Assembly (NCBI GenBank): GCA_004431415.1
Contig: QPMI01000185.1
Location: 1 to 64,000 of the forward strand
DNA length: 64,000 nt
From: Cyanophora paradoxa CCMP329
Taxonomy: Eukaryota > Plantae > Glaucophyta
Reading direction: 5' to 3'
The notes beneath the pieces are model-generated. The model was not told where the DNA came from and ran no database searches. It saw only the letters and a list, made by a program, of their open reading frames with translations. Below, piece by piece: positions 1 to 12,850 of the stretch. Position numbers and translations under genes: made by a program. Within the stretch, counting starts at the first letter, position 1. Every line of letters starts with the position of its first letter.

Positions 1-3000
1 TGGCTATGCCAATGTTTACGACCGCTTCATCAACCTTAACATGGAGCCGTTCGACGTACGTGCGTACAGAGTCCACGCCAACACAGAATGGTCCAGCACG
101 CGACCCAACCAGCGGTTCAACTACGGGACCCTACGCACGGCAACTCGAACTCCAACCAGGACCGGGGACACGCGCAGCGCACCCCCGACACCGGCTCACG
201 GCCCATTGGTCAGCCTCACGACGCAACCACAGCAGCACTGGCCTGAGGAAGCTCGCAATCCCCCGCGGCTGTTGAAGCCAACGACGGTCATCTCGTACCA
301 GTCTCACGAGGCCGGAGTGGTAGACAGCCGTGGCTCCATTCCTTACTTCGGCATCGGCGAGCACGGATCGCCTACGAGTATTTCAATCCAATCCGAGTCA
401 TCTTGCGCCGAATTTACGACCCGGACGAGCAGCGGAAGTATAAGGAAGCCATGAAGATCATCCCTGAGTCATATGACTTCATTGCAGCCCAGCTGGAGAC
501 CAGTACAACCTGGCCCCCCTCATGGACATACCCGACTGACGACGACAAGCGTAACTTTATCGATCTTATGTACGAGCGGGAACGACGCCCGAGCCGAGCG
601 CCTCAACGACCAGCTGGAACCAAACCCCGAACGGCGCCTGGATCCGTGGATCTGACGGCGAGCGTGAACACGGCGTACGACGCCGATTACGCCTTGGGTG
701 AGGGCAAAGGTCCTTACATGGCGGCGGCGCTTACTGGTTACGCTCGAGCACGGGACGCGAAGCGAACAGGACCGCCTCGAGCGCTACGCGGAAATACAAG
801 CCACGACAGTCGGGTACAGACCATCGCGAACAAGATGGAAGATACACCACCGACGTCGTCATCTGAGACCCCGGAACGGACACCTTCACCCCCGTTCAGG
901 GCGACCTCGGCCGACCCAGCCCCAACTCTGACGATCCGGGAGTGGTGTCCTCAGCCCAGCGACAGCGTGGCCCTTGGTTATGGCACTACGAATCCCTCCA
1001 GTCTCATTACCGTCGCCCCGGCCACGGCCGGCGCGCCGCAAACTGAGACGAATGCTACCAACGTAACAATCAACCGAGCCTGCATCTCCGACCCTTACGA
1101 CGCCCTGGAAGCCGCCCCGGCCACGGCTGGCGTGGCTCAACCCGGCGTTATAGGCTTCAGAGCAAGCGACTCGGACATGACCATAACTGTCAGGAGCAGA
1201 CTTTGACACTGCCAACTGACAACGAATCGACCACGACCCCCGCAACTACCGCCCGGCCACGGCCGGCGAGGTAGACAGGTCGAACGTTGAGCCCACGGAC
1301 ACGCCAGCATGACAAACCCGCCGATCACAGCCCTACGCAAGGCCGGATGACTTCATCGTTGAGTCCGAAAGCCTCCAGACCCGACTGGATTGAATGCCCA
1401 GGGGATTGCCGTCCCCGACTGTGGGCTCGCCCACACTCGCGCGCGTGGATATATGCACGTGAATACTGGCGATCCTGGAACGAGGAGGAGCCAACGGCAG
1501 AGGAAGATGCTCGGGACAATTCACATTTCCCGGACTTACCCTACTGTCACTGAGGATCCCAGCGTTACATCCAAGTCGGCGACATTCCCGTCCCGATTCC
1601 GGAACCTGAACCGCCACTTCCAGTCCCGCCGGAGACGGCGCAATCGTGAGAACCACACACTTGGGCAGGCCACTGCTGCAGTTTCACAGCGCCTCGGAGA
1701 CTGTGGGGTCATACCAAGCACAATGCCGGCTACGCAGAGCAGCGGCTGCGGTCGACAATCCCAACCTGTTTGCAACCTATCGCAAGTACACGCCATGGAA
1801 TGCAAGTACGGACCCGTCCAAGACCGGCCTCTACCTCACAAACATTTCCACGCTGCTGACGGACTCACGGAGCTGAAACCCGCTAACCGGCACGTCCTCG
1901 ACAGACTCGCCACGTACGTCGATGTCGAGGAGCAATCAGCGATTTGCTCAAACATACCGCCATCTCCGCGCTGTCGCTTATGCGATCATGAGAATTGCGG
2001 GCACAGCCGACACTACGGATAGCTTGGAAGAGACGCTGCGTCACGCATCTGTCCTCGAGCTGCTGGCCTTGATGCACAAACAAGCAATAACCCTGACGAC
2101 TTCACGGCAAGGAATATTGCCTTGGCTCTTCGACGTCATGATCTCGTACGGCCGAAGCATGCGGGCACAATTCCCTACTTACTTCGACCGCACGGGGACT
2201 ACTATGCGCCTTTCCCCACTCTCGCCGACGCGCTGACGGTCCGCATGACGGCACTGGAACGCTTAATCCTCGAGTCGCACCTGCCGCCGCCCTTCGACGA
2301 CGAATTCGCGCCTTACCCACGCGACACCTCCAGCGCTCGATCGAACATCGCCTCGAGATGCGGGTGACAGCCCTGGCAACGCAATTCACATTGCAGCGGC
2401 TGGAGCACGCATCTACTTCCACTCGAAGCCTCGGAGTTGGAACGGCATCACTCATGGCGCAGCCTTGGCTTCGCTGTTCGGATCCGTTCTCGGCAAAGCA
2501 AATAGGCTGCTGTGGCCGACAAGCCAGACTTCTACTTCACAATGGGAGTCGAAATGGTGGAGTACATCACGCGCGTGCTCAACCTGCCCTTCGGAGGCCA
2601 CTTCGCGAATAGCCCAACAGCTGCTGGCTACCGTCGACCGTACCTTGACCGGACACAGACGCCCCGGAACAGGGGACCTTGGACGTTCCCGGAAGCCCTT
2701 CGAGCTCCACGGTGTATTACTCGACGAGTACAACTAGCGGTGATTGAATGTAACGAGCGACGCCTCGACTACTCCGAAGACCCGCTTTCTCCACTCTGGA
2801 GAGGTCTTCAGGCGTTCCGGACCGGTGCCGAGAACTCCGGCAACGTGTTCGTGACCCATCTCTCCGCGAGACAGCCTAGGGCGTGCCCGCGAGCTCGGCG
2901 ACGTAGCAGCATTCCGACAGGCCTGCGGCTCCATCTGGACCGTTACCGGAGAGAGTACATGAGCGCGTCGGTGCTCGTAGCTACCGAGCAGCTTCGAGCT

Positions 3001-6000
3001 CAGCCGCGTGGAACCGGGACCTGACCTGCAACTGTCACTGGTTGAAGGCTACCTGAGGGCCCGTACACCATCCGTATTCAACATCAGGAGGCGGTACTCC
3101 TCTCCAACCCACGTTGTGGCACGCCACTGTTCTCGACGCATTGTATTGGGCGTTGAAGCGTAAATACAACGGGACAAATGGACGGATGCGGAGGATTGGC
3201 AGGCTCAGTGCCTGGCATACGGAATGACAAACCGCCTTCGACTGATCGACTCCAGCCGAACACCCTAGTCCGGCTCTCCTCGTCCGGGCGATCATGTTCG
3301 GGCCGACAAGATTCTCGGAATTTCCAGTACTGGAACAAGTCGAAGGAGAACCTACTTGCGATCTTACACCTGCGTACCGAACGATTACGTGAATCCAAGC
3401 ACGGCAACCATCGACATTATGCAGGCGTACAACGTCCATTTCCCCGATACGTCAGAGGATCACGGAGTACGGCCTCAATTGGACACCCGCTTCCTCCTGC
3501 GTTGGCAGAACTGACCACGCTCCGAATCCACGATTCCATGTTCTTTACGGCCGACGACGAGACCACACTGCGGAGTCACCCCTCATGTTCTCAGGACGGA
3601 AACGACCGCCCCGGCACCGGTGCAGCAACCACGTAGCACAACTTCAGCTCAACTGCTAAACGCGTGGGCCTGAAAAAGGGCCGCAAGACAGTAATATCGG
3701 AAGACGAGGCTGGTGACGATTGGTTTTACGAAACTGTCGACCTCAGCCGGAACGCCCGGGCCATATTCGGTACCGATATTACTACAAGTTCTTCGGTGCC
3801 GACATCATCGAGAACGGCTACGTTACCGACAAGTTCGAACGCGTCGGATGGTGGGGCGACCCAGGAACGCATCACCGCAAGCAATCATACTCAAGTGCGG
3901 GGACTCGACGACAGCGTCGATACTCAGTGGGCATTTGAGGCGGGCACTCGGGCCTCCAGCACGGAGGGACAACACAACGACTTCCGCTGTTCACGCTGTC
4001 TTACCACAAGGATCTGCCGGCACTCGAACGTCTGGAGGACCCCACTATCCCGAGGATAGTACGGTGCAACTCTACGACGTGACACGCTCAGACACGCGCA
4101 ACGAAGTATACACGATCAACAAACAGCCGCTCGCATTCCGAGGCGTCGAATTCTTTCTCAGTACTCTCAGCTCCGCGATGGCGAGAACATGAGATACACT
4201 CCGTGGTCTGCCGTCCTCGTGGCAGAAATGTGCAGTGCCTCGCAACCTCGGTCCTCGTTCACGCGTGACTTGACGGCATTGGAGGAGTACGTGAATACAA
4301 GCCTGAATGGGAACACCCACTGGCAGAGAGCCAAATTCAGTACTTCATGCACGCGACACGAACATGGACAAGTTCATGCGGAAGCTTCCAGAGTTCAGAC
4401 CGATCCACGCGCTTAACCAGCTTCGTTGGCGCGGAGCACTACAGGCGCTCGACGGCGTGGTACGCCATCGGGCACGCAATCGTTCCAACCCGTACCTGCA
4501 CGGGGTGCAGACCGTGACAGATGACGGCAATACCCGCAAGAACCGTTGCGAGATCAAGTTTACCACCTTGACAATCGCTCCCGCCAATGAGCACAACCCG
4601 TTGAATGAGCTCGGTAACTACCTCACAGCGTTCCGAAGCCCACTCGAGCGCCTCAGGGACATGAAATGGCTCCCCCGCTTGGCAACGGCGGACCCCATGC
4701 TGGCACGTTCCACGAGTTCAACTCCCCGACGATACTGAGCGACACCCTGGAAGTCTTCGCCAACGGCGGCCCGCGAATTTACACAAAGACGCGGACCAGG
4801 ACACCCAGGCTGTCGTTCACGTGTTCGATGCCAACAACCGTGACACTTGGCTCCAAATCGCCCGTTCGAACAGGCCACAACGGCCCGCGACCAGCCTGCA
4901 TACTTCGACTACAATCGCATACAATTCTGCTTGAGGAGACGATCCTACCGGCGGCGTCTGGAAGACCATCGAGAGGCCTACTAGGCCGACGGAGGGTGCA
5001 TTCATCCACGTTATCCCCTTCAAGCCGGAAGTACATCACTGGGTCCACCACTTCGCACATCACGTAGCAGCTTCAATCCGTTTGTACACGGCGTTCCCGT
5101 CGAAACAGATGCCAATCCACGACGGCCTGCTGGAGATTCTCGACGAATACGTGACTTCGAATGCGAGCCTACTACACTTCCGTGTCGACGACGACGGCAA
5201 CATGACCGTGTCTCAGGAACTGCAAGACTGGTACGCCCGGGATTTTGGCACGGCAACACCACCACCCGGCGCCATGTTGCAACGGCCTTCATGGCACTAC
5301 TAGTCACGGCGATTACAACGCAACTCGCGGCAGTTGTCCGCCACGGGCCCTCGGCAATGCCGGGCGCGCCTCCACAACAGCCAAGGAGACATGGCAACGC
5401 TACGAAGATCGCCAGTCGCAGCATGCACACTTTCCCGCTGCCTTCGACCTCCCTGTCAACGTCATCGAGATGTTTGGACACGACGGAACCATGGTCGGCA
5501 ACAGGGGCATGGACAACCTCGGCATGGGCGTGAGCCAATACACGTTCAACAGGAACGAGTTCGAACGGTCCTGGCGTCATTACGAACAGCACGTGGGTCC
5601 GGAGGTACTCCTACAGTACAATGAGATCCACGCGTCCGAGGAAGATTCGATCCCGAATTGTTTCTCCTTGACTACGGCGCAATACTGTTCTCCGACGACC
5701 TCGTGGAGCATCGTACGCGCTGGATAACGCTGGCTTACAACGCTTCCGGCACGTCACGGGACGACCGCATCACCATGACAGCTGAACTGGCACCCCCCTT
5801 GCGGTACAGCGGAGGTCTCACAGAAGCCGACGGAGCAAATCCTAGCCGTTTCGGGCCCCACCTCTACATCGGTGACGACGAGGACGGAGCTCCTCCCGGA
5901 CCATTTGAGGGCGTCGGTTGTCCATCAACCCGCTGCGCGGCGCTCTACAAGTCGACCCCCGATACCCGCGGACGTACCTGTACGACCAGGCGACGGGACG

Positions 6001-7400
6001 ATGGAGCAGCCCAGGCTGGTACGACGGCAGAACGCGGCCGCCGCGAATCCAAGTCTAGCCGGTACGAAGCCGAGGCCGAAGCGCATGAAGGAGACAGACC
6101 TCCCGAACGACGGCGAGAAGGAGCACAAATGGGCCCTGTGGATCACACCGCGAACAATTGACGGTGCTCGGGTCGGCGGCAAGACGCCCGTCGTGATTGA
6201 CAGGGGTGACACGGCTCGGCACTTCGCCTTTGTCGCTTCGACGTCGCACCCGAGTTCAAGCCCCGTCTGCCCCAAACAGGAGTTCACCGCGTTCGCTTCC
6301 GGCGCGTCGCCCGAACACCACCGTAGCGGCAGCGACAGCGACACCACAAGCACGACTTCTCGAACTTCGGCACTAGCTCCACGCGGAAGTAAAGGAGCCC
6401 TCCCGCCTACCTTCTACTTCCGTGCACACTACCGTGACCTCTCCCAAACGCCTGTGGACACCTCGTACACGGAGTACAGCTGGGAACGCTTCGCGGCACA
6501 CGGTCAGTCTCACGAGTCCATCCCCGTACTCTGGCCAGACCTCTGGGACGAAGACGGAACGAACTTCGGACTGAATACGATTTGTATGACTGGAGCGCAT
6601 TCCGAACACCGCATCAGCTCAATGCTGACGCCCTCGTGTCATTGGCTGAGGATCTGCGAGCACGGCCGCCTGACCTCTCCAACTCGGCGGGAGCCTCCTT
6701 GGACGTCGTGCGCACACGCGCCCTGTTCACTCGCATGGCGTTCATCATGAACACTTTGGGGTTCACCGCGTGGGACGCGGTCAAACACGCCTCGCTCGTC
6801 TCCATCCATCGGGACCGCGCTCGATTTTACTTCAACTCGATCCTGCAGGGCGACACCCGCCTACCTCACCAGTGGAAGACGCTGGTCAGCTACTTGCGCG
6901 AGGGCCTCAGTCGCCACGGCCATCATTACGCGGAATACGACACGCTCGTCGACTTCGATCCCAACCCTGACTCGGATGAGAGCATCGCTTACATCTGGTT
7001 TGGCCGGAAGACCAGCGTACACGCCCAATACCTCACAACATCCCCGAGACGAGGACTCGGATTCAGCCGGCAGGACCACAGCACTCGTCCTAGCAGCGGC
7101 CCGGTGCCGTCCAACAGCACCCGCCTGATTCCAAACCGACCTCGAACCTTCGCGGCGGTACATGTTTTCAACAGAGCACATGAATCGGTCTCCAAGGTGG
7201 AGAAGACTGCCCGCATCCGGGTTGCCCGCCTCCCACCTGACGCCATCTCATCGTCACGACCTTTGACGACGCCAGTGGAACGGAGCTACCAGACAGCACT
7301 TCGTGTCCGCACGGCAAGAATGCTCGTTGGCTGGGTGACATCGTGTCTCCTAACGACATACCTACAGCCGAGGATACGGCAATTGGACGTCGAATCGCTC
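1..7400 (+). CDS. Frameshifted long coding region upstream of the retrotransposon protease (unknown domains; possible Gag capsid-like segment at ~6700-7000)
   Basis: A chain of overlapping + strand ORFs with protein-like composition hands over between frames (e.g. 403-1206, 1922-2236, 2512-3024, 4307-4738, 5245-5727, 6582-7406). 'RARFYFNSILQG..LPHQWKTLVSYLRE..DESIAYI' weakly resembles the retrotransposon Gag pattern A..WF..L....W..L...F / ES...Y. Confidence 0.5.
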
Positions 7401-7422
7401 AGCTGACAAAACCGACCGGACA

Positions 7423-7860
7423 ATGAAGCAACGGATTGCAGATGGTCGCATCTGCGTGTCGGTGCGACTCGGGTCCTATGCACCAGGACGGAAAGTCGGA
7501 CCGTCCGTCAAAACTCTGGCGTTGGTGGATACGGGCGCCGCAGCCGACGTGATTGACGGAGACCTCGCTGCGCGCATCGAGGGCCTCCGTTACAGCGCGC
7601 GCCGCCAGTACAACTGACCGGATTTGGCGACGACATGACGGCTTACGCTCGCATCGCCTACATGGCGGTCATGATTGGTCCCGTACGGTCGGTGAGAGAG
7701 GTCCTAGTGGTGGACAAGGGCCTCATGGGGTCTACTCAAATGCTCCTTGGATTGGCGACGCTCATTGCCATGAACGCTCACATCTCGCTCGACCCGACTA
7801 ACTGGGGAATGACGATCACGGCACCTGACGCCGACAATGGCGAACGATACCATGTCCCTT
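7423..7860 (+). CDS. Retropepsin-like aspartic protease domain (frameshifted)
   Basis: ALVDTGAAADVI catalytic motif at ~7518-7555, followed in another frame by QMLLGLATL (xLLGxD-like flap motif). Confidence 0.85.
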
Positions 7861-8919
7861 TTTGCTTGCGGACCAGACCGACGGGGGCGTTCTGGTCCGC
7901 CTCGCCCAAGATGTCACCGTCGGGCCAGGCGAAGCTCTCGTTCGCTGTTACGTCTCGACGGGCCCTCAAGACGCGACTGACGACGCGCCGGAGATGCTCC
8001 TCACGCCGCCGCCGCACATTGTTGGAGACGACGACGGAGCCGACGACCCCGGTGAAGGAGATGAACCGCGTCATCTTGTCCCTCACCAAATACATCGACG
8101 TCCTCGAGGAGGAGCTTTCCTCGCTCAGGTCTGCAATCCACAACGCCGACCCGTCCGCTTGAAAGCGGGGACCGTCATCGCGGAGGCGGAATTCGGCAAG
8201 TGGCCCGAGAGCGAGTTCCGACCCCACGACGACGTCCATCGATACCCGACGGGTACTTACAAGACCTGGTCGAGTGACGAGAAGCGCAAGTTCCCCATCT
8301 CTTCCATTGCCGTCCAAATCCTCTCCAATGTGCAACCCGTGATTGTACCTGGGCGATCACAGCCTCGACGTTACGTATCCCGAGTGCACGAACAGTACCC
8401 TCTGTTTTTGCACGGCCACCACAACCCCAGACCGAGGACCAAGGCCTAGACCCCGCTCACAGAGCGGCGCCGACGCCCCAGTCCTCACTTCCGAAGCTCA
8501 AACCCAACTCTCACGCTTCGTGACTGCGTTCGTCACGCGATACACCCGAGAATCACGCGCGATTCTGACGCCATCGGAGATCAACGAGTTGTGCAAGATC
8601 TTCGAACCCCACTTTGCCGATACCTATCGGCAAGGCAGGCCCCTCCTCAGCCCTGTATGCATCACGTTTGCCCCGACCACGCCGTCGGCGCAACCGCGTT
8701 GCATCACCATCTCCTCCGCTTCACCCGCCGAACCCACGCAATGGAACCTCCTTCGAGCGCCAACGCCACCCCCCACCACAGACGGAGGAGGAGTCCGACA
8801 ACTCGTCGACGATCTCATGCAGCCGTCGAAAGACGACAACGATGTGACGGAGGAGGAGCGTGACCAACTACGTAGCCTCTTCACACGGATGGCGCACTGC
8901 TTCGCGCAGCGCATCAACC

Positions 8920-9760
8920 CCAAAGAGCTACTGAAGTACCGTCACAGCATCCGACTCCTCCCGGCGTACCTACGAAGCATCTGCCTTTGTACAGCGTGCC
9001 CCGGCGCCTCTCTCCCCTGCTGAGAAGGCGGCCAAAGCCGAAATCGAACGACTGCTGCAAGATGGTCTGATCGAACCCTCCAAGCTGGATACGGTTCCCC
9101 AGTGGTACTGGCGCCCAAGAAGGACGGGACAATGAGATTTTGCGTCGATTACCGCAAGCTGAATTCGCTCACGGAGCGCGACGTCTTTCCTCTCCCGAGA
9201 ATAGACGATCAACTCGAACGCCTGCAAGGCGCGACGTACTTCTCGACGTGTGACGCCACCTCCGGTTCTGGCAGCTTGAACTCGACGAAGAATCCAGGCC
9301 TCTGACGACGTTTATCGTGCCCTGGGCATGTACCAATGGCGAGTTACCCCGTTTGGTATTACGAACGGACCAGCGGCGTTCTGTCGAGCAGTGACATCGA
9401 TCTTGGGCAATCTGCTGTCGACAAGCGTTGTCGCTTACGTTGATGACCTCACGGTCCACTCCCCGACGGCCTCACAACACCTTGTCGACCTTGAGGCTTT
9501 CTTCGCCGCGATCGAGCGAGGAAACCTCAAGCTCAAACCGTCCAAATGCCGTTTCATGGTGAAAGAGATCGACCTACTCGGACACCGTGTCAGCCGCAAC
9601 GGCGTGAAGATGGACAAGACCAAGATGGCCCTCATCGAGAAGACCCAGGAAAAAGATCTCGGAACTGTCGAGTCCATTCGCAGCTTCATCGGCATGACTG
9701 GATTCTACAGACGGTTCATTCGCAACTACGCGAAGCGGGAACTGCCCTACGCGACCTAGT
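8920..9760 (+). CDS. pol: Reverse transcriptase domain of Gypsy pol (frameshifted)
   Basis: VVLAPKKDGTMRFCVDYRKLN, FPLPRIDD, YFSTCDATSG(F)WQ, YQWRVTPFGITNGPAAF, AYVDD, LKLKPSKC, LLGHRV, RSFIGMTGFYRRFI. Confidence 0.97.
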
Positions 9761-9844
9761 CACGCGAGCAACACGAGCTGACTCGCTGACGGTCACCTGG
9801 ACGATGACGCTCGACGGGCGCTGGACGACCTCAAGGCCGCCATC

Positions 9845-10262
9845 ATGGAGGATGTCGCACTACTCTTACCCGACTTTGCCAAACCATTCGTCATCCACAC
9901 GGACTGGAGCAAGCGCGCCATGGGGGCGGTCCTCATGCAGGCTGACGACTGCGGACGAGAGCGTCCCATCGCTTTCATCAGCAGGACCCTGACTGCGACG
10001 GAGCGCAAGTTTCAAAGTCCGACGGAAGGGGAATGCATCGCGGTACTCTGGGCGGTGAAAGTGTGGAGCCATTACTTCGAGTGCGGGCACCCATTTACAG
10101 TCCGGACCGATCACTCGGCACTTCAATGGTTGAAGTCACAGGACGTGACGAACAACAAGGCGCTCTGTCGAGCGGCGCTGGACTTCAGGGCTACAACTAC
10201 ACCATCGAGTACCGCGCGGGGCGCACCAACGTTGTTGCAGACTTCGAGTCGCGTCTGGAACC
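9845..10262 (+). CDS. pol: RNase H domain of Gypsy pol
   Basis: PDFAKPFVIHTDWS..AMGAVLMQ..RPIAFISR..ECIAVLWAV..FTVRTDHSALQWL, then YNYTIEYRAGRTNVVAD in the next frame. Confidence 0.95.
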
Positions 10263-11479
10263 GTCACACGACCTCTTCCTCCCAGGAGCGGGTGACGGCT
10301 CAGACCTCACGACTGACATCCCCGACGGAGCTCGAGGATTCGGTGTACCCCGCCGAGGCGATCTCGACGACCCAACCCAGCTCTTCGCGTAGCCCCCACG
10401 GACACGCTCGACGGGCCAGCATGGGCGTTGGCGCCGGGAGCGAAGCGGCGTCGCCAAGCGCCCCTGTAGACGAGCATCGACCCGTTGGCCAACGGCTCGG
10501 TCCCTCCTCTACAGCACCCCAGCCGCCGACGTCACCCCCCAGTTCGCGACGGCGAATTCGGCCCGACGGCGACAGTGACACCGGTGACGAGGACGAGAGT
10601 GCACAGCCCCCTCCGCCCCGACGCACTCGCACTGAGCCTTCGCGACCACCCCACGCGGACGGAGCTCAGTCTCAGGGACAAGAGGGCTGCCCAGCCCCCG
10701 TGCCCCCTTTCCCGAAGCGACCACGTGGACGCCCGCGGAAACTCCCTCCTCCTCCCCCTCTGAACGACTCGTACTTGCGAGCTTTGGAATCCGAACGAGA
10801 TCGGAAACGCCTCCAGGCGCAAGCTGGCCCTTCTACCTCGTCCGTCGGCAACGGAATCCCCGCTCCACCTCCGCGCGACCCGCTCACCGAGCGGCTTGCA
10901 CGTGGTGAGCGAGACAAGGCGAAGACGACAACCAAGCAGCAACGCCGCGAGTCAGAGGAGCAGTACAAGCAGGCCCTCGATAACCGCCGCGAGCAGCTGT
11001 CAGACCAGGCCAAGAGTCGTCACGATGCCAACCGCCGCTCGTGCAACCGACCGGAACCGCCGACCAAGTCGACGCGACGCGAAGCGAGGAACGCCGACTG
11101 GGAAGCGTGGAAGCAGTCGGCAGACACCCCTCAGCGGGCCGCAGACCTGCCCCTCGCCTCCCAGGGAGGAGATCTCGATCCTCTCGCCACTCCATTGCGC
11201 CCCCGCCGTTCTCGACGTCGCCGACGAAGCTGAGTACGAGGCGTACTTACAGCAGCAACGCGACTCTGGAATTCCTCAGCCTACTCCGATGAGCACCGAC
11301 GCTGTCGCGCCGCTGGACAAGTCTCCTATTGGCCCTGCCGGAGGAGACCGCAACAAGCCCGCAGTCATCCATCTACCTGACGACGTGGTGGTGGAAGATA
11401 CGTGGCTGCAGGGACCCCGACCACTGGTCGACGTCCCCGTACCACCGTCTGTTGCCAAACTCGCTGTCGACGGCGCCGC

Positions 11480-12850
11480 CGTCGTTGCAGCACAGGCGGA
11501 GGACCCGCTCTGTCAACTGCTGCGAGCCTTCATCTGCAAGGGCGAGAACAACGCCATGTGCCTTCGGCACCGGCGAGCGGCGACGGTAGAAACAGAGATT
11601 GTGCAGCAATGCATTCACTGCGAGTCTGCGAGACGACGGTTCGCTCGTGAAGCCGAGGGCTACACGATCGATGAGGAGGGCACTGTCCTTCGGCTACCAT
11701 TCCTGCCTACCATGCGAGCTCAAATCCTCGTTCCCCCGTCGTGGCGACGCACCTTCCTCGAGGTGTATCACGACGGGTGGGCACACCGCGGCGCTCCCAT
11801 TGTGGCGCGGCGTATCGCGTCTCGTTTCTGGTGGCCGGGGATGACGAACGCTGTTCACCGCTTCGTGAAAACGTGCCGACACTGCCAGTTCGCAAAGGCG
11901 CAACGCCGCCCGAGAGTCCAACACATGGTGCTGGAATCCGCGCATCCTGGGGACTTGAGGCAGGTCGACCTGTTCCCCATGGAACCTCACAGGCGCGGGG
12001 TCCACCTCTTCACCGGCGTGATAGTCGACGTCGACGCCTTCACCAAGTTCCCGGAGATTATCATGTACACCGCGGCTGACGGCCAGGCCCTGGAGATGGC
12101 GGCACAGATCATCTTCGCGGCTAACGGTGCTCCAAGCGTTACCTCTCTGACAACGGGACGGTCCTCGGACCGAAGTCTCTTTGGGAACCTTCTGGCGAGC
12201 CAAGGGTACGCGCATGATCTACACTGGGATCAACCACCAATCTACCAACGTGGCGCTGAGCGTCTGGGCGGCATCTACAAGCGATTGGTGTACGCGATGT
12301 GCGACGAGAACCACGAGCCTCGCGCTCACTGGCCCTTCCATCATTACAAAGTTCTCTTTGCCTTGAGGACAACAATCCATGCGGCGACTGGGTTCTCGCC
12401 GGCAGTCTTACACTACGGGCGCGAACTGCTCCTACCCGATGAGCTTCGACTCGATCTGGTACTGCGGGAACCAAACGAAGAGTCGATCTCTCTGTACGAG
12501 TACGCGCTGTCGGTGGCGAGGGCCGCTAAGGATCGGATCACTGCGGTGGCCGAGCACCGGCGTCTTTACAACGAGAAGTTGCTCCGTTACGGGACTGGCC
12601 GCGAGCCTACCTATGTCTTCCAGCCTGGCGACAAGGTGTTGGTGTGGATTATCACTGCCAAGACTAGCGCGCGAATCAAGGGCCGAGGAATGGCTGGACG
12701 GGTCCCTACGTGGTGCAGGAGATCCATTCCCGAGGCCTTCTGTACACTGTACGCGGGGAGCCATCGTCGAACATGCATCGATCCAGTCGATCCTTGTTCA
12801 CGTTGACCTCATGATCCCCTTTTACGATCGGCCGGCCGACGTGGCAGAGC
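11480..12850 (+). CDS. pol: Integrase (HHCC zinc finger, DDE core, GPY/F C-terminal module), frameshifted
   Basis: YHDGWAHRG..FWWPGM..VKTCRHCQ, QVDLF, (KRYL)SDNG, GAERLG, HAATGFSPAVLHYGRE, FQPGDKVLV, WTGPYVV. Confidence 0.95.
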
